Shown here one piece after another: positions 1 to 10,036 of a DNA stretch of 59,953 nt. Source of the DNA: Bacteroidales bacterium (GTDB lineage: Bacteria > Bacteroidota > Bacteroidia > Bacteroidales > 4484-276); the NCBI GenBank assembly GCA_029934065.1, contig JAOZMX010000002.1, forward strand, positions 138 through 60,090. The letters run 5' to 3'. The position numbers and the translations under genes were made by a program. The notes under the pieces were generated by a model. It was not told where the DNA came from, ran no database searches, and was given only the letters and a program-made list of their open reading frames with translations. The first letter of the stretch is position 1. Each line of letters starts with the position of its first letter.

Positions 1-110
1 AACTGTTTTTCCATCACATTTTTTGATCGTTCTGCAATAAGCCTTATTTTGACGGAAAAAACGAAGATTCTCTTTCGTTTGCATTTATATCCTTTCCGAA
101 AAAAATAGCG

Positions 111-118
111 TACTTTTG
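111..118 (+). promoter_or_regulatory. Candidate Bacteroidota-type -7 promoter box (TACTTTTG)
   Basis: Exact match to the TAnnTTTG -7 consensus known for Bacteroides/Flavobacterium promoters, 28 nt upstream of the ATG at 147. Motif-only call. Confidence 0.4.
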
Positions 119-146
119 AAGCCCAATATGCAATAAACCCAAATAA

Positions 147-3100
147 ATGATACTACGCTATTTTGCTATTCTGACAATAATCTTTTCAGGCATCACACTG
201 CCGGGGCAAACCCGATATACGCCATACGATTACATACCGGGGATCATCAGGGCCTACAAACCGGCTTACGATTCCGCATTCCCCGACTGGGGAAAAATGC
301 TCTACGAATACCCCGTAAATTATAATGAGATTTCCGGAAAATTCGAAAAATACATTTCACAACACAAGAGTGAAAAGAGCCCCATCATCCGCTATTATAA
401 AATCTGGGATCGCATTGTAGGCGGGTATGTTCAGGACAACGGCCATATCTCGCTGCCCGACATTGATGCCGTGTACACCAAAATGACAAAAACACAAATA
501 GCGGCAAAACCGGATAAAGCACCCGGTGATGCCGACTGGACTTTTCTAGGTCCGAAAGAGACCTTTTGGCTTAACACACAGAATTTCCCCGTTGCACCGC
601 TTTCATGCCCATGGCAGGTAAATGTCTATTCGTTCAACGTGGCTGCAAATGATCCCGGCGTTTTGTATTGCGGAACCGAAACCGGCTATATGAACAAAAC
701 CACCGATGCAGGATTAAACTGGCAATTACTTGCAAAAGAATACCCTTTCGGAGGCGGCATAACGGCGGTTGCCATTCACCCTGCAAACTCCGACATAGTT
801 TATGCCGCTGCCGGGAATCAAATCCACAAAACCACAGACGGGGGCTTGACATGGATTCCTTTGCTGCAAGACAAAACCCGGTTTTATCCCGTCCGGCTGC
901 TTATTGACGGCCAAAATCCTTCAAAGCTCTTTTCCGCATCAGCCGACGGTGTTCATGTGAGCACCGACGGAGGTGAAACGTGGATTAAAAAATGGAACTA
1001 CCAGTCATGGGATGTGGAAATCAAACCGGACAACCCCAGCATAATCTATGCGTTGAGCAAAAGCATTGCCTACTTCAGGCTTGCCGTTTCGTACGACGGT
1101 GGAGCGACTTTCGAAGAAGAAACCTCTTTTCCTTCGGGGATCATCGAATCCAGCGGCGGGTTGCTGGCTGTTACGCCGGCGGCACCCGACCGGCTGTATG
1201 TCATCCTGCTCAGTGCCGACAACACGCCGTATTTGTATCTCGGAACCATCGAAAACAGGGAATGGACTTGGGAATTGCTGGCAACGGGGCGGACGCCGTC
1301 GTTCGCCATGAACAACGGGCAAGGCTTTTTTGACCTTGCCATGGAAGTAGCTCCGGACAACCCGGAAATTATCCTCGTGGGAACCACTACACTGTACAAA
1401 TCCCTCAACGGAGGAAATTCTTTTACTGCCGTTGGCGGTTACACGGGAAACTTCAGCATCCACCCCGACATTCAGGATTTAAAAATGCTTCCCGACGGCA
1501 ACACCTGGGTTGCTACCGACGGCGGCATGAACCTGACGACGGATTATTTTGCCACGCAGGCCCACTATCATGTGCGTGTTAACGGGCTTACCGGTTCCGA
1601 CATGTGGGGGTTCGATCAGGGCTGGAACGAAGATATTGTCGTGGGCGGCCGGTACCACAACGGCAACACCGCCATTGCCGACTTTTACCAGCCCAAAGCT
1701 TTGCGAATGGGTGGCGCCGAATCACCCACAGGATGGGTATTGAAGGGCAAAAGCCGCCATGTGGCTTTCAATGATCTGGGTAACGGCTGGATACTGCCTG
1801 CCACGGCGGAAACGCCACCCGAGGGCCGTTTTTTGTTTACCAAATACCCCAATATGGACGAATACGGCGGCAGACGCGGAAATCTGGTCAGTCATCCCAA
1901 TTACTACGGAACGCTCTATCTGGGCGAAAACAACGGCTTCTGGAAAAGCACCGACATGGGAACCTCATGGGAGTTGTTGTACACCTTCCCCGGAAGGGTT
2001 CGGTACCTTCAGATCAGTTTCCGCAATCCGGATGTTTTTTATGCCGACATTGTCAACCAGGGTTTATACAAGAGTGAAGACGGCGGATACAACTGGGTGT
2101 TGAAACCGTCGCTGTGCAATGCACCATACGGCAGCAACTACTGGAAAGGGAAGCTGTTCTTCGCCGTTTCGCCATACGACGAAAACGTGCTCTATGCCTG
2201 TTTGCAAAACGGCACATGGTCGGCCGATATCGGAAAAGTTTTTCGTTCGCAAGACGGTGGAGACACATGGGAAGAATGGACGGGCACATTACAGGAGTAC
2301 ACCAAAAACCTTTGCATTCAGCCCTCTATCGAAGGGTCAGATATCGTTTACCTGTTCACCACTTCGCGGGAGGGCCTATCTGCAAATGTTTATTACCGCA
2401 CTGCGGAGATGGACGACTGGGCAGCATTCGGGACTGGCTACCCCGCCGGGATGTCGGTAAATCTGGCGTTGCCCTTTTTCAGAGACGGAAAGATCAGGGT
2501 TGCCGGTAATGCCGGCGTATGGGAATCGCCGCTGCTGGAGCCGGACTTCACGCCCATCGTCAATCCGTGGGTGGAGCGGCCCTTTTTCGATTGCATGGAC
2601 GATACCATCCGGCTTGACGATCACAGTATGCTGAATCACAACGGCGCCACATGGCACTGGGACATCATACCGGAGCCTGTTTACATGGAGGATGCAAACA
2701 TGAGGAACCCAAAAGTGGTACTCGGAAATCCGGGAGCTTTTTCGGTAACGCTTACCGTTACCAAAAACGGAGAAAGCTATTCCAAAACGATCCCCGGCAT
2801 GATCACAACCGAGACCTGTCCCTCGGTTGAAGACTGCGACAATCCGGCCGAGCTGCCCAAGGATGAGTGGGAATTGCTCTACGTTGACAGCGAAGAACTC
2901 AACTACCCGGGGCTGGCCGTCATGAGCTTCGACGACGATACGGAAACCATCTGGCATACCCAGTGGAGCAACGGCAGCACCCCTTACCCCCACGAAATTC
3001 AGATCGCCCTCGAAAAAACCTACCGCATCTACAGCTTCACCTACCTTACCCGTCAGGACGGCCAAAACGGAAGAATTAAAGACTACGAGTTATACATCGG

Positions 3101-3554
3101 AAAAGACCCGGACAACTGGGGAACACCTGTCACCACAGGTAGTTTCGTCAATACCGTCGCTCCCCAAACCATCGAATTCCCCGATGGTATCAACGGAAAC
3201 TGTTTCCGCCTGGTGGCACTCTCGGAAGTCAACGGAAATCCATGGGCATCGGCAGCAGAGTTTTCCCTCGTGGGATGCACCGATACCCTTCATACTTCCG
3301 TAAAAAAATATGTTCAAAGGCAAATCACCGCTTTTCCGGTACCAACTTCCGGAAACGTTTTTATCCCGCTTCCCGGCGGCAAAAGCTTCACCTATCAAAT
3401 CATTAACGCCTCCGGCCACCTTTTTGATTCGGGTACCATCACCGGAACAGGCAATTACGGTTTCGACTTCAGTCCCTATCCCCGCGGTATATACCTTATA
3501 AAACTCATGAATAACCAAGGAAATGTTTTTTTAGTGAAAATTTTAAAGGAGTGA
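147..3554 (+). CDS. Secreted BNR/Asp-box double-propeller protein (GH74-like or sortilin-like) with PKD-like and F5/8 type C (discoidin)-like domains and a T9SS sorting domain
   Basis: Uninterrupted 1135-codon ORF with ATG start and an N-terminal hydrophobic signal-like segment (FAILTIIFSGITLPGQ). About nine Asp-box-like motifs are spread over ~790 aa (TTDAGLNW, TTDGGLTW, STDGGETW, SYDGGATF, STDMGTSW, SEDGGYNW, SQDGGDTW). There is a PKD-like stretch (GAFSVTLTVTKNGESYS) and a discoidin-like stretch (IWHTQWSN...FRLVALSEVNGNPWASAAEFSLVGC). The C-terminal sorting pattern is listed separately. The glycoside hydrolase assignment is inference only. Confidence 0.85.
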   Translation: MILRYFAILTIIFSGITLPGQTRYTPYDYIPGIIRAYKPAYDSAFPDWGKMLYEYPVNYNEISGKFEKYISQHKSEKSPIIRYYKIWDRIVGGYVQDNGHISLPDIDAVYTKMTKTQIAAKPDKAPGDADWTFLGPKETFWLNTQNFPVAPLSCPWQVNVYSFNVAANDPGVLYCGTETGYMNKTTDAGLNWQLLAKEYPFGGGITAVAIHPANSDIVYAAAGNQIHKTTDGGLTWIPLLQDKTRFYPVRLLIDGQNPSKLFSASADGVHVSTDGGETWIKKWNYQSWDVEIKPDNPSIIYALSKSIAYFRLAVSYDGGATFEEETSFPSGIIESSGGLLAVTPAAPDRLYVILLSADNTPYLYLGTIENREWTWELLATGRTPSFAMNNGQGFFDLAMEVAPDNPEIILVGTTTLYKSLNGGNSFTAVGGYTGNFSIHPDIQDLKMLPDGNTWVATDGGMNLTTDYFATQAHYHVRVNGLTGSDMWGFDQGWNEDIVVGGRYHNGNTAIADFYQPKALRMGGAESPTGWVLKGKSRHVAFNDLGNGWILPATAETPPEGRFLFTKYPNMDEYGGRRGNLVSHPNYYGTLYLGENNGFWKSTDMGTSWELLYTFPGRVRYLQISFRNPDVFYADIVNQGLYKSEDGGYNWVLKPSLCNAPYGSNYWKGKLFFAVSPYDENVLYACLQNGTWSADIGKVFRSQDGGDTWEEWTGTLQEYTKNLCIQPSIEGSDIVYLFTTSREGLSANVYYRTAEMDDWAAFGTGYPAGMSVNLALPFFRDGKIRVAGNAGVWESPLLEPDFTPIVNPWVERPFFDCMDDTIRLDDHSMLNHNGATWHWDIIPEPVYMEDANMRNPKVVLGNPGAFSVTLTVTKNGESYSKTIPGMITTETCPSVEDCDNPAELPKDEWELLYVDSEELNYPGLAVMSFDDDTETIWHTQWSNGSTPYPHEIQIALEKTYRIYSFTYLTRQDGQNGRIKDYELYIGKDPDNWGTPVTTGSFVNTVAPQTIEFPDGINGNCFRLVALSEVNGNPWASAAEFSLVGCTDTLHTSVKKYVQRQITAFPVPTSGNVFIPLPGGKSFTYQIINASGHLFDSGTITGTGNYGFDFSPYPRGIYLIKLMNNQGNVFLVKILKE
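3325..3551 (+). other. T9SS type-A C-terminal sorting domain (CTD) of the 147-3554 product
   Basis: Terminal ~75 aa: ITAFPVPTSGNVFIPL...YQIINASGHLFDSGTI...GIYLIKLMNNQGNVFLVKILKE. This fits the Por-secretion-tail pattern (hydrophobic-P-N/V-P start, GIY-hydrophobic-K motif, K-I/V-hydrophobic-K end). Confidence 0.75.
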
Positions 3555-3846
3555 TTAACCGTGTGGAGAATAAATAAAACTTGAACACTACAAAAACCGC
3601 TAATATTGGGATTGAACTGAAGTAATATCAACATCGCTAACCCTGAATTTTATCAATTTCATGTGATTTACTTATCTCTTTGCCTGTCGGTTAAACTATC
3701 TCTTTGACCACCTATAATAACATCCGGATAATACTGTTCAAACAGGAAACATATCTCCAGAAAATTCTCGGACATCTCAAATCCTTTTCCCAGATAGTAA
3801 ATCTTTAATTGTTGAAATGACAGATTCTTTACACCCGAAAAATTCC

Positions 3847-4776
3847 CTAAACGCTATTCAGAAAGTTATCGGCAAATTCTTTGGAAATGTAGTTGTCGAA
3901 TCCTTTGCAAACTTCCCGGCTTAAAGCGATTCCTGTGCGGATCAGTTTTTCCCATTGTATGGCCGTCAGGCCGGGCAGGTCGCTGGCATGGATATTTTGC
4001 CGGAGAAGCGAAAAGATCAGCCCCGCATTGAAGTTGTCGCCGGCACCGATGGTGCTTTTAACCTTTGTGACGGGCACCCGATAGTGTCCTGTAAAGTGCT
4101 TTGAGATTACCTCCACAGGTTTTTCGCTGCGGGTGTAAATCAAAGCTGCATCACCTGCTTCCGCTGTGAGGGCAAAAGCTTCCCGGGCTGTTTTAACGTT
4201 GAATATCACCTGAAAGTCCTCGTGTGATGCCCTGACAATATGCGCCAGCGAAAGGTTTTCGCGGATCATGGAGAGTAGTCCGGGGATTTGTTTTTGATGC
4301 GGCTTGCGGATGTTGGGGTCGTAGATGATGAGGGCGCCCTGCTTTTCGGCATATTCAACGATTGTTTTCACCTTTTCCCGGATTTCGGGACTGATGGAAA
4401 AAAAGGAGCCGAACAGCACGATGTCGTTTGCCGAAACTTCCGGGAAGCGCTGCCGTAGCCTTTGGGGCGGATAATCTTTGTAAAAGGTGTAGCGGGCATT
4501 TTTGTCGGCATCGAGAAACGCCAGAGCCAATGGTGTGCGGCCTTCGTCAAACCGATGGAAATACTGTGTGCCGACATGGTTTGTGCGGAGAAATCCTGTG
4601 ATCAGCTCCCCAAGGTCATCATTCCCGGCTTCGCTGATGAAATGCACGTCCACACCCAGCCGTCCCAACGACACCGAGGTGTTCAGCATCGAACCTCCGG
4701 GTTTGCCCGCCTGAAGGACCCCGTCGCTGAAAATAATATCGTAAACCGTTTCTCCGATGGTAAATACCTTGCGCAT
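3847..4776 (-). CDS. PfkB-family carbohydrate kinase (fructokinase-like)
   Basis: 309-codon ORF with ATG start. N-terminal GETVYDII...GGSMLNTSVSLGRLG and C-terminal TIGAGDNFNAGLIF (the PfkB DTxGAGD-type anion-hole motif). Starts 14 nt after the stop of the upstream gene, suggesting an operon. Confidence 0.85.
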   Translation of the reverse strand: MRKVFTIGETVYDIIFSDGVLQAGKPGGSMLNTSVSLGRLGVDVHFISEAGNDDLGELITGFLRTNHVGTQYFHRFDEGRTPLALAFLDADKNARYTFYKDYPPQRLRQRFPEVSANDIVLFGSFFSISPEIREKVKTIVEYAEKQGALIIYDPNIRKPHQKQIPGLLSMIRENLSLAHIVRASHEDFQVIFNVKTAREAFALTAEAGDAALIYTRSEKPVEVISKHFTGHYRVPVTKVKSTIGAGDNFNAGLIFSLLRQNIHASDLPGLTAIQWEKLIRTGIALSREVCKGFDNYISKEFADNFLNSV

Positions 4777-4790
4777 GGATATCTGGATTT

Positions 4791-6608
4791 TTATTGTTTT
4801 TCCCGTGTTAGTGTAATTGATCTCAATAAGGGGTATCTCCCTGTTTTTTTTTTGGATTCTGCCAGCGGAACTTCCCGGTGGATATTCTTATCACAAAATT
4901 TCAATATCCTATCGGCAACATTGTCAACCTGCTCTTTGCTCACATCAAACACCTCCGCATCCAGGAGTCCCCATTTCCGGATAACGGCCTCCGTCAGATT
5001 TTTCCTTACAACCCACACCTGAGGTATTTCCGGTATTTTCATCAGTTGACCGACAGCGGCTGCCCACCCTTTGTCTTTCAGTTCCAGCGGGCCGATTTCG
5101 TCAACGAAAACGATATGGGCATCCTTCAGGTTTTCGGGCTTCAACAAAAAGTTACCGAATTGCTGTCCGGCGGCATAAAATCCGAAGGGCCCGATCTGTT
5201 CGCCCTGTTTGTTGCGGATGCTGCACAAGGGTTTTCTTTGTCCGGTTTGCAGGTCTTCGATATCGAATTCCGAACGCCGGTTGTTTTCAAACTTTCCCGG
5301 AGCAACAAATCCGCCGGGTGATAACCCGCTCTTTTTAAGCCGTCCGGCCAATGCAACGGCAAATGTGGTTTTGCCTTTATGCTGCTCACTGGTAAGGATA
5401 AAGACCTTGGGCTTGTCGAGGCTATGGGAAAACAACGTGAGCAAATCGTTGGCCTGCCACAACACATTGCTCATGGTGGTGACCGGCCGGCGCAGCAACT
5501 GCCGGGGTTTTGCCAGTTGGCCGATCACCGAAGGAAGTGCCGCAAACGCAAGTTCCAGCGAAAGGTAAAGCTGCGAAAATCCCCGCCGGAACAAAACCGA
5601 TTTGATGACCGGATTCCTCAGCTCAACACTGATGGCCGAAAACCCGACGACGATCAATATGGCGCGGACATTCATTTTGATCCCCGCCGTTAGTCCCGCG
5701 GGATCGAAAAAATCGCCGTACCTGAAACCGTTGTAAAACAGCATGGCCAGCATGGTGAGCACCACCACCTGTACCCAGAAAAAGGGCCGTTTCAGATGCC
5801 GCAGCGACCGTTTGTAATGAACGATGCAAAACGTCACATACGAAACGATGAAAACCGCCGCGGCAACGAACAGGTCGTTATTAAGCAATACGAGGCAAAC
5901 AGCGACGGCAAAAACATGCAGGAACAAAGCCCTGAGTGAAAATTTCTGATCCGGGTCCAAAACAAATATTTTTTCTCCCGTTTTGAGGCTAAGACCGCTT
6001 TGCCGATCTTTATTCAGCGGAATTTTTGCAGCCTTACGTCCGGGGATATAGCCCACCATTGCCGACAACATGCCGAGTAAAAAATAGATCCCCATCAAAA
6101 ACCAAAGTGCCGTTTCGGGTTGTAAATCGGGATATCCTATCTGCTTTACGGCATAGTCGTACAGGTTGAGCAAAACCGTTACAAAATCAAAACCGTAATA
6201 TACCAACAGGGTGATGATCCGGTGAATGATCGTACTCGAAAGCGCCAGCGCCCCGCCGATGAAATACCCCAGAAGGTTCCCGCCGAAGATGCGGGTGGCA
6301 AATTCCATCAGTAACGCCTCGGAAAAGATGCCCATCATGGGGCCCAGCAAAACGGCACTCGGCGAGATGGATTTCATCAGGGCGCAAATCAATCCCGCAC
6401 GCCAAAACAAGCCCTTTTCTTTCCAGACCTGATGAAATGCAACCATCAGTGCCACGCTGTTCATGGCAAGCAAAGTGCCGGCAAACGGAATGCCCACATT
6501 ATGGAAAAAACTCCCGAGGATGATCTCCACCGAAGCCCAGAGGCTTCCTATTACGCTGGCTTTCAACCAAACAGTACTAATTTTTTGTTGTTTCGGTAAT
6601 GTTGCCAT
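4791..6608 (-). CDS. Polytopic membrane protein fused to a C-terminal P-loop NTPase-like domain (THEP1/DUF2478-like by motif)
   Basis: 605-codon ORF with ATG start. The first ~390 aa contain many long hydrophobic segments (for example GSLWASVEIILGSFF, LLGYFIGGALALSSTIIHRIITLLVYY, FAVAVCLVLLNNDLFVAAAVFIVSYVTFCIV). The last ~200 aa carry a deviant Walker A (LTSEQHKGKTTFA) and a Walker B-like HIVFVDEIGPLE. Confidence 0.7.
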   Translation of the reverse strand: MATLPKQQKISTVWLKASVIGSLWASVEIILGSFFHNVGIPFAGTLLAMNSVALMVAFHQVWKEKGLFWRAGLICALMKSISPSAVLLGPMMGIFSEALLMEFATRIFGGNLLGYFIGGALALSSTIIHRIITLLVYYGFDFVTVLLNLYDYAVKQIGYPDLQPETALWFLMGIYFLLGMLSAMVGYIPGRKAAKIPLNKDRQSGLSLKTGEKIFVLDPDQKFSLRALFLHVFAVAVCLVLLNNDLFVAAAVFIVSYVTFCIVHYKRSLRHLKRPFFWVQVVVLTMLAMLFYNGFRYGDFFDPAGLTAGIKMNVRAILIVVGFSAISVELRNPVIKSVLFRRGFSQLYLSLELAFAALPSVIGQLAKPRQLLRRPVTTMSNVLWQANDLLTLFSHSLDKPKVFILTSEQHKGKTTFAVALAGRLKKSGLSPGGFVAPGKFENNRRSEFDIEDLQTGQRKPLCSIRNKQGEQIGPFGFYAAGQQFGNFLLKPENLKDAHIVFVDEIGPLELKDKGWAAAVGQLMKIPEIPQVWVVRKNLTEAVIRKWGLLDAEVFDVSKEQVDNVADRILKFCDKNIHREVPLAESKKKTGRYPLLRSITLTREKQ

Positions 6609-6616
6609 ACAAAAAT

Positions 6617-6624
6617 CAAAAGTA
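6617..6624 (-). promoter_or_regulatory. Candidate -7 promoter box (TACTTTTG on minus strand)
   Basis: Exact TAnnTTTG match 8 nt upstream of the ATG at 6608, which would imply a very short leader. Motif-only call. Confidence 0.35.
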
Positions 6625-6810
6625 GTCTTTATTTTTTAGCGGATGATTTTTTTGTCATTTTGACATTCCGGAAAAATTTCATCCTGTCCGACAACACTCC
6701 GGCACTGGTATTAACGCTTTTTAACTGACAATTTTTATGGGTATGGTTAAAATACAATCGGTTGGCATATAGATTGTTAAGCACGCAGAAAAAAGAAAGG
6801 AGGAAAAGTT

Positions 6811-7299
6811 ATGAAAAAAATCGTGTTTTTGATGCTGATACCTTTTTGGTTGACGGGGTGCAGCAATGCACAAATAACAGACAAAGACAACAAAAAGGCT
6901 AAAATTATGGAGTATCAGGAAGATACCATCAAGCCGAAAGTTGACATCAAGGTCAACAAGATCTATGATGATCAGGGGAACCTGATCCGGTACGACTCAA
7001 CCTATGTATGGTCGTATTCAAACATTGAAGGGGATTCGGTTTCGGTGCTCCCCGACAGTATTTTATTTGAGTTCAAACCGTTTATTCATCAGCAATTCCC
7101 CGATTTTGAGATCCCGGATTTCAATGATTTTCTTTACACCGATTCCACTTTCTATCACGACTTTTTCATGCCCGATTATTTTTATGACCGGTGGCATAAA
7201 AGTCTGATGGAAACAGACAGGATCTTCAGGGAGATGGATTCGTTGAAAAATCTTTTCTTCCAAAAAAGTTATCCGGGGTTGCAAAAACCGGAAAAGTAG
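6811..7299 (+). CDS. Hypothetical lipoprotein
   Basis: 162-codon ORF with ATG start. Signal peptide with lipobox (MKKIVFLMLIPFWLTGCSN). Followed directly by a strong hairpin plus T-tract. No family recognised. Confidence 0.7.
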   Translation: MKKIVFLMLIPFWLTGCSNAQITDKDNKKAKIMEYQEDTIKPKVDIKVNKIYDDQGNLIRYDSTYVWSYSNIEGDSVSVLPDSILFEFKPFIHQQFPDFEIPDFNDFLYTDSTFYHDFFMPDYFYDRWHKSLMETDRIFREMDSLKNLFFQKSYPGLQKPEK

Positions 7300-7316
7300 A
7301 AAGGGGAATTTTTTCA

Positions 7317-7363
7317 GGGGAGTAATACCGTGATCGTACAGGTTATTGCTCCCCGTTTTTTTT
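7317..7363 (+). terminator. Rho-independent terminator downstream of the lipoprotein gene
   Basis: GGGGAGTAATA (7317-7327) pairs with TATTGCTCCCC (7344-7354), giving an 11-bp stem with one G-U pair, followed by G+T8 (7355-7363). It overlaps the stop codon of the convergent alcohol dehydrogenase gene. Confidence 0.75.
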
Positions 7364-8504
7364 ATCCAAACATCAGATCAACAATGTTTTCAATATCGGG
7401 TTCCGACAATTTGTAATTCATTCCGTTGACTTTGTTTTTCTTCATGAGTGCAACAATATCACCTTTTTGATGTTCCCCGATATTCAACTCCTCCATCCTG
7501 ACCGGGCAGGATAATTCCGCGAACAAATCTTCAAAAGCCGCAATAGTTTCCTTGACCGTCTTCACGTCAAAGAGGTTTTTGCCAAGTTCCGTGATACGAT
7601 CTCCGGCGCGCTGTCGCATGAGTTTAAGCCATGCCGGATAGGCCACCGAAAGTGTTGCGCCGTGGGGCAGATCGTAGAGTAACGACAAAATATGACCCAG
7701 ATCGTGAACGCCCCAGTCGCCCGAGACGCGGCCGTAAGCGGTCAATCCGTTGAGGGCATTGGTGGCGGCATACATGATCTTTGCCCGCAGATCGTAATTG
7801 TTCAGGTCGTTGAGCAAAGCGGGGCCGAATTCCATGGCTTCTTTGATGACGGCGTACACAAATTTATCGGATAAGGTAGCGTCGCCGGCGCCAAAGAAAT
7901 TTTCCAGCGCATGAGCAATCAGGTCGGCAATGCCGTAAGCCGTATAATCGCGTGGAACCGACAGGGTGAATGAAGGATCGAGAAACGAATGTGCAGGAAA
8001 AATCAAGGGGTTTCCATATCCGATCTTGTGGCGTGTTTGCTCATTTTGCAACACGGCAAACTGATTCATCTCGGTGCCCGTGGCGGCAAGCGTCAGCACG
8101 GTTATCAAAGGTAATGCGGCCTGCGGTTTAGCTTTGCGTGTCATAATATCCCACGCCTTTGCTCCTGAAGGTATTGCCAGCGAAACGATCTTTGCCGTAT
8201 CAATGACGCTGCCGCCGCCAACGGCCAAAATCACTTCAACGTTGCGCATTCTTCCAAGAGCAACCGCAGCATCCGCATCATCGGTCACAGGATTGGGTTT
8301 GATGCCCGGATATTCCGCCACACGACACCCGGCGCCTTGAAGTTGCTCCGTCACCTGTTGGTAAATGCCGTTGCGCCTGATCGAACCTTTGCCGTATATC
8401 AGCAGTACATTTTTTCCGTACCGGGTAACGGTTTTTCCCAGTTCACCGGTCACACCCCTGCCGAAATGCAATGCCGTCGGATTGTGAATAATAAAATTTT
8501 CCAT
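7362..8504 (-). CDS. Iron-containing (group III) alcohol dehydrogenase, butanol dehydrogenase/YqhD-like
   Basis: The ORF track gives 7362-8552. I prefer the internal ATG at 8504 (MENFIIHNPTALHFGRG...), which is the usual N-terminus for this family and lies 50 nt downstream of a TAnnTTTG box. Motifs: LAVGGGSVIDTAK (GGGS NAD(P)-binding motif) and the histidine-rich metal-site region GVHDLGHILS...PHG. Confidence 0.85.
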   Translation of the reverse strand: MENFIIHNPTALHFGRGVTGELGKTVTRYGKNVLLIYGKGSIRRNGIYQQVTEQLQGAGCRVAEYPGIKPNPVTDDADAAVALGRMRNVEVILAVGGGSVIDTAKIVSLAIPSGAKAWDIMTRKAKPQAALPLITVLTLAATGTEMNQFAVLQNEQTRHKIGYGNPLIFPAHSFLDPSFTLSVPRDYTAYGIADLIAHALENFFGAGDATLSDKFVYAVIKEAMEFGPALLNDLNNYDLRAKIMYAATNALNGLTAYGRVSGDWGVHDLGHILSLLYDLPHGATLSVAYPAWLKLMRQRAGDRITELGKNLFDVKTVKETIAAFEDLFAELSCPVRMEELNIGEHQKGDIVALMKKNKVNGMNYKLSEPDIENIVDLMFG

Positions 8505-8553
8505 CGTATTATGTTTGATTTTATGAAAAAAAAAGCACATTTTGCCGAACACA

Positions 8554-8561
8554 CAAATGTA
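8554..8561 (-). promoter_or_regulatory. Candidate -7 promoter box (TACATTTG on minus strand)
   Basis: Exact TAnnTTTG match. It overlaps or abuts the longer ORF-track start (8552) and therefore supports the 8504 start. Confidence 0.4.
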
Positions 8562-8626
8562 GTTTTTTTATTTATCCTGTGAAGTATACCGGGATCGATG
8601 AGTTAAAATGAAAATCCGGTAACGCA

Positions 8627-10036
8627 TCAATAGAGTCTTTCGATCTCTTCCAGGGTTTTACCTTTGGTTTCGGGTACCATTTTCCAGACGAAGATTGCCG
8701 CCAGAATTCCCATCACGCCGTATATCCAGTAAGCAAAGCCGTGGTGGAATACACGGATGAGGGATGAGCTTTTGTCCATCATGGGGAAGGTCCACGAGAC
8801 AAGGTAATTTGAAATCCATTGTGCAGCCACCGCCACGGCCATTGCGCGCCCGCGGATCCGGTTGGGGAATATCTCGGAGAGCAACACCCATGTTACCGGC
8901 CCCCAGCTCACGGCAAAAGCAGCCACATAACCAAGCATGAAAATCAGTGCGGCGACACCCATCTTTTGGAAATAAAAGGTAAATCCCAATGCGAACATAA
9001 AAAAGGCCATCCCCAGGGCGCCGATGATCTGCAACGGTTTGCGGCCGAACTTATCCACCGTAAAAATGGCGATCACCGTAAAGGTAAGATTGACGGCACC
9101 CACCACAATGGTTTGCAACAATGCCGTATCGGTACGTGTCCCCATGTTTTTGAATATCTCGGGTGCGTAATAAAGTACGACATTGATGCCGACAAACTGT
9201 TGAAAAACGGAAAGCAAAATCCCGATGACGATGATTCCCACGCCGTAGGAGAACAGCTTGCCCGATTTGCTGACGAGGGTGGATTTGATCTCTTCGAGGA
9301 TGTGCGAAGCTTTTTCGGTTCCGTTGATCTTTTCGAGGACCCCGAACGCTTTTTCGGGCTGGGAACGCAACAGAAGATAACGCGGCGTTTCGGGCACAAA
9401 AAACAACAACACGAAAAACAGTGTGGCGGGGATGGTCTCCGAGGCGAACATCCAGCGCCAGCCGGTTCGGTTCAGCCAGTCTTCGTTGCCCTGCAAAGCA
9501 ATGAAGTAATTGACAAAATAGACGATGAGCATTCCGAAGATGATGGCAAACTGGTTCCACGAAACCAGCTTCCCGCGAATTTCGGGCGGCGACACTTCGG
9601 CAATGTACATGGGCGAGAGCATCGACGCCAAACCGACGCCGATGCCGCCGATGACACGGTAAAACACAAAAACGTAGATCAGGTTATGATCGCCCGTGCC
9701 TACGGGACGGATAAACATTTCGGGCATGGCCGAGCCGAGGGCCGAGATCAGGAAGAGCACGGCAGCGAGGATAAGCCCCTTTTTCCGACCCAGTTTCAAA
9801 CTGACGATACCACCCGACAATCCGCCGATGATGCAGCCGATCAGGGCGCTGGAAACCACAAACCCCAGCCTCGAATTGGCGGCACTCTCGGCAAGGCCGA
9901 AGGGTTCTATAAAAAATTTCCCGATGGAGCCCACCGTTCCCGAGATCACAGCGGTGTCGTATCCGAAAAGCAATCCGCCGAGTGTTGCAATGAGTGTAAG
10001 TTTGATGACGTAGCCTTGAGTTTTGTGTGTTTTCAT
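8627..10036 (-). CDS. xylE: MFS sugar-porter family transporter, probable D-xylose:H+ symporter
   Basis: 469-codon ORF with ATG start and 12 hydrophobic segments. Sugar-porter signatures GRKKGL, PETPRYL, PESPRxL-like and PETKGKTLEEIE. Last gene of a xylB-GH31-xylA cluster. Substrate is inferred from context. Confidence 0.75.
   Translation of the reverse strand: MKTHKTQGYVIKLTLIATLGGLLFGYDTAVISGTVGSIGKFFIEPFGLAESAANSRLGFVVSSALIGCIIGGLSGGIVSLKLGRKKGLILAAVLFLISALGSAMPEMFIRPVGTGDHNLIYVFVFYRVIGGIGVGLASMLSPMYIAEVSPPEIRGKLVSWNQFAIIFGMLIVYFVNYFIALQGNEDWLNRTGWRWMFASETIPATLFFVLLFFVPETPRYLLLRSQPEKAFGVLEKINGTEKASHILEEIKSTLVSKSGKLFSYGVGIIVIGILLSVFQQFVGINVVLYYAPEIFKNMGTRTDTALLQTIVVGAVNLTFTVIAIFTVDKFGRKPLQIIGALGMAFFMFALGFTFYFQKMGVAALIFMLGYVAAFAVSWGPVTWVLLSEIFPNRIRGRAMAVAVAAQWISNYLVSWTFPMMDKSSSLIRVFHHGFAYWIYGVMGILAAIFVWKMVPETKGKTLEEIERLY

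Noticed and set aside
3555-3846. 35-codon minus-strand ORF (MSENFLEICFLFEQYYPDVIIGGQRD...) considered as an IS/transposase N-terminal remnant
   Set aside because: It is too short. The resemblance to IS982-type N-termini is vague, and there are no terminal inverted repeats or a downstream transposase frame.
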